From a virus (taxonomy: Duplodnaviria > Caudoviricetes), in the IMG/VR virus record IMGVR_UViG_3300035522_000179, positions 185,614 through 249,613 of that record: a stretch of DNA of 64,000 nt. One strand, 5' to 3'. The notes beneath the pieces were generated by a model, which did no database searches, was not told the DNA's origin, and worked only from the letters and a program-made list of their open reading frames with translations. The position numbers and the translations under genes are program-made. This document shows, in pieces, positions 59,574 through 64,000 of this stretch. How positions within the stretch are numbered: the first letter of the stretch is position 1; each line of letters begins with the position of its first letter.

Positions 59574-59582
59574 ATAATATAT
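59574..59582 (-). promoter_or_regulatory. early-type phage promoter ATATATTAT
   Basis: Upstream of the tubulin operon. Confidence 0.75.
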
Positions 59583-59634
59583 AACTGAAGTGAAAAACCA
59601 AGGGAGATCGATTTTTCACTTCAGTATTTTTAAG

Positions 59635-60651
59635 TTATGAGCTGTAAACTCTGTAAATAATAATAAAGTCTTTTGTCAAAGACAAAGGATTTACAGGGAA
59701 GCAAAGCTTCGAGAACAGTCGTACGTTTTCGTAGTCTCCAGAAAGCTTATTGTATCTTCCTGTAAAGAGGGCAATGGTATTTACTCTTACGGAGTCAATA
59801 TTATCCGTTGCCTCAAACCACTCCTTCATATCCTTCGGAGTGATCTTAAGAATCATCTCGGTATAAGTCTCAATCGTAGAGGAGTTACTGGTATTCTCTC
59901 TGGGATAATACTCGTTCTGAGAAACCTCATTGGTACTCTCTGTCTCATCGGTTGTTGCTTTCCAGAAATGATTGATGGTAGGATCCTCTTCGAACTTCTT
60001 CAAATAGTATCCAATCTTATCTGTGGTACTAGCTGTCCAGGTGTCAGTCTTTCCGAAATACTTAATCTGATCTGTCTCAGAAAGCTGATTTGCTGTATAA
60101 CGGAAAGGAATCATAACACCGCTCATCTCATGTCCGTCTTCTACTGAAAGACTATTCTGGATTGCATACTCCTTATAGTCTACGGAAGGCTTTGTGAGAA
60201 CATTGGTTGCAGAACCAGTAAGACCCACACCAAACAAGCAAACATACTCACCAAGAGGATGAATAATCTGCTTGGTATTTACATCACCGTTTACGGCAGG
60301 GATACTGTAAGTAACCGTCTCACCATTTGCCTTATAATCCAAAACGGATACATCAGGGATTCCAATGGTACCACCAGAAATCTCATACAAAGTAGGAACC
60401 TTAAGAGGTCCTTCGATTCCGTAAAGCTGCTCAAAAGAATACTGGCAACCGCCAATGGGAACCATATTTTTCTCAGAAAATACTGTCTCTCCCAAAGAAG
60501 AAACTCCAAGCTTATTATAGCGGAGATCATATCCACCCATAACCGCTGTTTTCTGGAATATTCCACTTCTATGAAGTTGAGGCATAGGAACAAGCATGTC
60601 TTTCATTCCAACGCCGTCATTCAAAATCAAATTAGACATTTGTCTTACCAT
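59635..60651 (-). CDS. putative baseplate / tail-fibre attachment protein
   Basis: KNMVPIGG...LFGVG...VNTIALFTG...LFSKLCF...IIYRVY pattern; follows the baseplate wedge gene. Confidence 0.55.
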   Translation of the reverse strand: MVRQMSNLILNDGVGMKDMLVPMPQLHRSGIFQKTAVMGGYDLRYNKLGVSSLGETVFSEKNMVPIGGCQYSFEQLYGIEGPLKVPTLYEISGGTIGIPDVSVLDYKANGETVTYSIPAVNGDVNTKQIIHPLGEYVCLFGVGLTGSATNVLTKPSVDYKEYAIQNSLSVEDGHEMSGVMIPFRYTANQLSETDQIKYFGKTDTWTASTTDKIGYYLKKFEEDPTINHFWKATTDETESTNEVSQNEYYPRENTSNSSTIETYTEMILKITPKDMKEWFEATDNIDSVRVNTIALFTGRYNKLSGDYENVRLFSKLCFPVNPLSLTKDFIIIYRVYSS

Positions 60652-60710
60652 CCTTTCTTTTTATGGTATAATTAATAAGATTGTTTTCAGCTTATATTCA
60701 TAGCGTATTT

Positions 60711-63700
60711 TCATTCTGGATCTTTTTCTAAGAAGATTAACTCTTCCCGAAATCCCATGTGATCCAAAACGATATCTGTCTGGAATACCTCACTGAAGGT
60801 ATCAAACAAACAACGAACGTTGTCTTTACCGATTGCAGTTACGTCCATTCCAATTTCTTCTGCAAATTTAAGTAAGGTGGGTTCATCCATAATCTCATGC
60901 TCAATGCATTTATTGATTTCATCCTTTGAGAAGAGATGATAAGATCCAAGCCATGCTTTTGCATAGAGTCCGATCTCTTCCACATATTTGAAAGGTTTAT
61001 CAGATTCCAATACAATATCAAGCAGTCTTGCTTCATCTTTTGTGTAACGGATATTACAGATCTTTTCTCTACAAGGATAATTCTTATTTGTGCAGATTCT
61101 AGGAATCTCGGAATCTTTCTTTGTTAATAGCGTAATCCATTTCTCAATTCCTTGGCAACCCACATCTGTGATAAAAGGAAATCCTTCGTGTTTTCCAATC
61201 ACATCATTTAATCGATTCAAACTATCATAAACGAGATCAATCAACGTTGTCGTATCAAATGTCTGATCTTCATCATAATAAGGATTATATCCCGTAACCA
61301 ACTTATATGCATAATACACATAAGATAGATGAGACCTGATCATACAATGAATATCGGAAAAGTCTTTGTAGTCTGCGGATAATAAAAGATCTCGATAGGA
61401 ACTAATGTATTTGTAGAACCCCGAAGAATCGTATCCATAAAATCTACATGCAATATCTTTTCCTTCATCGCGATAAAATCCTTCGCAGGTATTCTTATCG
61501 TTTCTACAGTATTTCCTACAAGCGTTAAAGTTTTTACAAGTCTTACAATTCAGATGATTGATACTAGCACCATCCGTGATAAATTCAGTCTCATGAATAT
61601 GATGAATAATCTCTTTGTATTTTAAAGGATCCGTTTCTTTGTAAGTCTCAATTACTTTTGCAGTATCTGCATACATCAGTTTGTAAACGTCCTTGTTGAT
61701 GTCTACTTCAAACATCTTATAATACTCCACCAACTTGAATAAGTTATCCGGACGCATATCAAAGACGTATTGCGTGGTCACATCAATCAAATCTGTGGTA
61801 TAAGACTTAAAGAACTTCACAAGCTTAATCAAGTAATCCAGCAAAGAGGAGTTACTATCATTCACGGTATAAAGAGTTTTCAAATCATGAATTACCTTTT
61901 CCAAACGAGAAATTGCGTGGTCAATCATCGTATAAAGATGAACATCATCTGCTTCATCAATCGCATTATATAAAGAAGGATTCATTACTTTCAAGTACTC
62001 AAGATATGTGGTTGCAACTGTTCCCGTATTTCCAAGGGTAAACATCTCATTGTTTTCTTGACCAATGAAGAGAGCTTCATAAAAATCTCTCCAAGCTCGA
62101 TATTCCATCAGGTTTTCTGCTTCTGACATCTTTCTTCCGATATAATAACCAAGACCTTTGATGTCTGAATACATATCGTTTAGAGCATCTACTTTTTCAG
62201 ATACTGTAGCCTGATTGATGGTAAGGGAATTAAGATAACTCTTAAAGGTTTCTAACTCATCCGGTTTAATATATCGGCTGGGATTCTTCATCAGTTCTTT
62301 GTAAGTTTCTGCATTAGTAAGTTTTTCAAAGTTAAATACCAAGGTATCACATGGTCTATATCCATCTACATCTTCTGTGATATAACCCATCACATCCAAA
62401 ATACTAGAATACTTTGTAAGGATTTCTCCCGAAAGATTATACTGCTTACTGATTGCCGCACATAAAAATGCAATCAAATCAAACAGACTTACGTCTGCTG
62501 TTCCAGTAATTTTCGGGAGGGTGACAGTGATATCGGCAACTTCATCTTTCTTATCAAAGATTGCACGAAGTAACAGGATGTTTTCATAGATCACTTCCGA
62601 CATCTTGTAACTAATAGAAATACCAAGGTATTTTGTTTCCATGTAGTTGTATTGTCTGTGATATACACTTCCCTCATTGTCTGCAGTATATTTGGTAGAA
62701 TCTCCATACACCTCTTCAAAGGTTTCATCATCATCCCACCATAAGGGATCATTCATTACAATCGAATCATAGTCCACTCGGTTTTCTGCATCGACCAAAG
62801 CATTCTGGAAGTTTGTTTCTTTTAAATCTACCTTTTGGAAATACACATCATACATCTTTTCCAGATTATTGATGACTGTCATTTCTTCTGCTAATTCTCC
62901 AGCAGAATTAAGGACGATTTCTTTTGAGATCTCATCTTCATTGTAAAGAGCCTCATCTGAGTCAAATAATCTTTCTTTTACAAGATAATATTTATACACC
63001 TTGATATCATGATATCCAAGAATACTTGCAATATCATACACAACGGTGTTGGTTGCTTTATTTCGAATCAAAAGATTCAAACTCTTTACAAGTCTTCGTT
63101 GGGTCTGATAAGGAAGATCCGAATAGTAAGGTATTCCATACATCTCAAAAAGATATCTTACCATAATCTCGTCATAGAAGTCTCTGTCAAGAGCGGTCTC
63201 CATACTTCTTGTGATTACCTGAGTAACGGTCATCTGCACAATTGCAAGTCCAATGAAATTATCATAGTAATCATAGATATCTCGATAGTAATAGTTGTAA
63301 ATGGTATTTACAAAATAATCTCGACATCCGGAATAGATCGTTGCAAACTTCCATCCAATCACTTCTCGGTTACAAGAAGGCATGTAAAGAATATCAAAGT
63401 TCTTTGCTTTTCTTGCTGTAATATTATCAATTTTCTTTGATCCGATGAAGTTTAAATACTTTGCTGTCGGATGTGATGCAATCAAGGAATCAATAAATCC
63501 AGATGCTTCTAAGATATCGATAAACTGGGTATCATAATACGTAGAGATTAAATGAATGGGAACCTTGGTAGAAATTCCATAGGTATCCTCAATCTCATCG
63601 GTTACGTAAAAATAAGAACCCAAAATCAAATGATCTCCTACAACACATTCCTTATTATTTAAGATGGCTTCACTGTATTTAATCATCGTAGTTCGATCAT

Positions 63701-64000
63701 AGTTTTCTTCATCGTCTTCCACCACATCAAACCCAGAAGTATAATAATCTGTCGTATCCAAAGTATCTGACAAGTGGGTAAAGAAATATTTACCAATCAG
63801 ATCCTCATCAGAATACGGTGGTTCTTCTCCCATGGAATAATAAATACTCTTTACATCTCTTAAATAGATTGCTTTCATACTTCGATCAATCGGAAATTCA
63901 TCCGGAGCAATCAAAAGAGATCTAGAGTAGTTTGTCTTTTCTTTTTGGATAAATGCATGGAAAATCGCAATCTTATTTCCAGCAATATACAATTCCGAAC
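60711..64000 (-). CDS. large baseplate wedge protein (gene starts beyond the window)
   Basis: More than 1090 aa; LFEMYGIPY...RRLVKSLNLLIRNKATN resembles the P2 gpI / T4 gp7-type wedge motif. Confidence 0.55.
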   Translation of the reverse strand, partial: SELYIAGNKIAIFHAFIQKEKTNYSRSLLIAPDEFPIDRSMKAIYLRDVKSIYYSMGEEPPYSDEDLIGKYFFTHLSDTLDTTDYYTSGFDVVEDDEENYDRTTMIKYSEAILNNKECVVGDHLILGSYFYVTDEIEDTYGISTKVPIHLISTYYDTQFIDILEASGFIDSLIASHPTAKYLNFIGSKKIDNITARKAKNFDILYMPSCNREVIGWKFATIYSGCRDYFVNTIYNYYYRDIYDYYDNFIGLAIVQMTVTQVITRSMETALDRDFYDEIMVRYLFEMYGIPYYSDLPYQTQRRLVKSLNLLIRNKATNTVVYDIASILGYHDIKVYKYYLVKERLFDSDEALYNEDEISKEIVLNSAGELAEEMTVINNLEKMYDVYFQKVDLKETNFQNALVDAENRVDYDSIVMNDPLWWDDDETFEEVYGDSTKYTADNEGSVYHRQYNYMETKYLGISISYKMSEVIYENILLLRAIFDKKDEVADITVTLPKITGTADVSLFDLIAFLCAAISKQYNLSGEILTKYSSILDVMGYITEDVDGYRPCDTLVFNFEKLTNAETYKELMKNPSRYIKPDELETFKSYLNSLTINQATVSEKVDALNDMYSDIKGLGYYIGRKMSEAENLMEYRAWRDFYEALFIGQENNEMFTLGNTGTVATTYLEYLKVMNPSLYNAIDEADDVHLYTMIDHAISRLEKVIHDLKTLYTVNDSNSSLLDYLIKLVKFFKSYTTDLIDVTTQYVFDMRPDNLFKLVEYYKMFEVDINKDVYKLMYADTAKVIETYKETDPLKYKEIIHHIHETEFITDGASINHLNCKTCKNFNACRKYCRNDKNTCEGFYRDEGKDIACRFYGYDSSGFYKYISSYRDLLLSADYKDFSDIHCMIRSHLSYVYYAYKLVTGYNPYYDEDQTFDTTTLIDLVYDSLNRLNDVIGKHEGFPFITDVGCQGIEKWITLLTKKDSEIPRICTNKNYPCREKICNIRYTKDEARLLDIVLESDKPFKYVEEIGLYAKAWLGSYHLFSKDEINKCIEHEIMDEPTLLKFAEEIGMDVTAIGKDNVRCLFDTFSEVFQTDIVLDHMGFREELIFLEKDPE

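Noticed and set aside
1-64000. Stop-codon reassignment, tRNAs, introns/inteins, integrase
   Set aside because: Genes are intact under the standard code with dense packing. No cloverleaf, intein termini, split core genes or recombinase motifs were recognised by eye.

Overview
This 64-kb window is part of a large, AT-rich lytic jumbo myophage genome of the AR9/PBS1-phiKZ type, probably infecting an anaerobic Firmicute (Clostridia-like; inference). It encodes a multisubunit RNA polymerase beta'-C subunit, GyrA and GyrB, a DnaB-like helicase, SbcC and SbcD (24 kb apart), NrdG, a second radical SAM enzyme and a tubulin/FtsZ-family GTPase. Structural genes include a probable major capsid protein, a prohead protease, several acidic head proteins, baseplate and tail-fibre modules and two cell-wall hydrolases. 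Two phage promoter classes can be read from the DNA: ATATATTAT (10 intergenic copies found by eye, early-type) and (A/G)ACA-N6-TA (late-type). Promoter-terminator units with no convincing ORF point to unannotated structured RNAs. The best is a ~800-nt multi-helix minus-strand RNA (54776-55608) directly behind a basic Cys/His-rich protein, a candidate new ribonucleoprotein system. Others are a ~270-nt RNA with mutually crossing helices (48089-48366), a ~170-nt rod-shaped RNA with an anti-Shine-Dalgarno bubble (35043-35213) and a possible ~80-nt RNA (38250-38334). No tRNA, rRNA, CRISPR array, integrase or transposase was recognised. All calls come from motif reading by eye; no database searches or folding programs were run.
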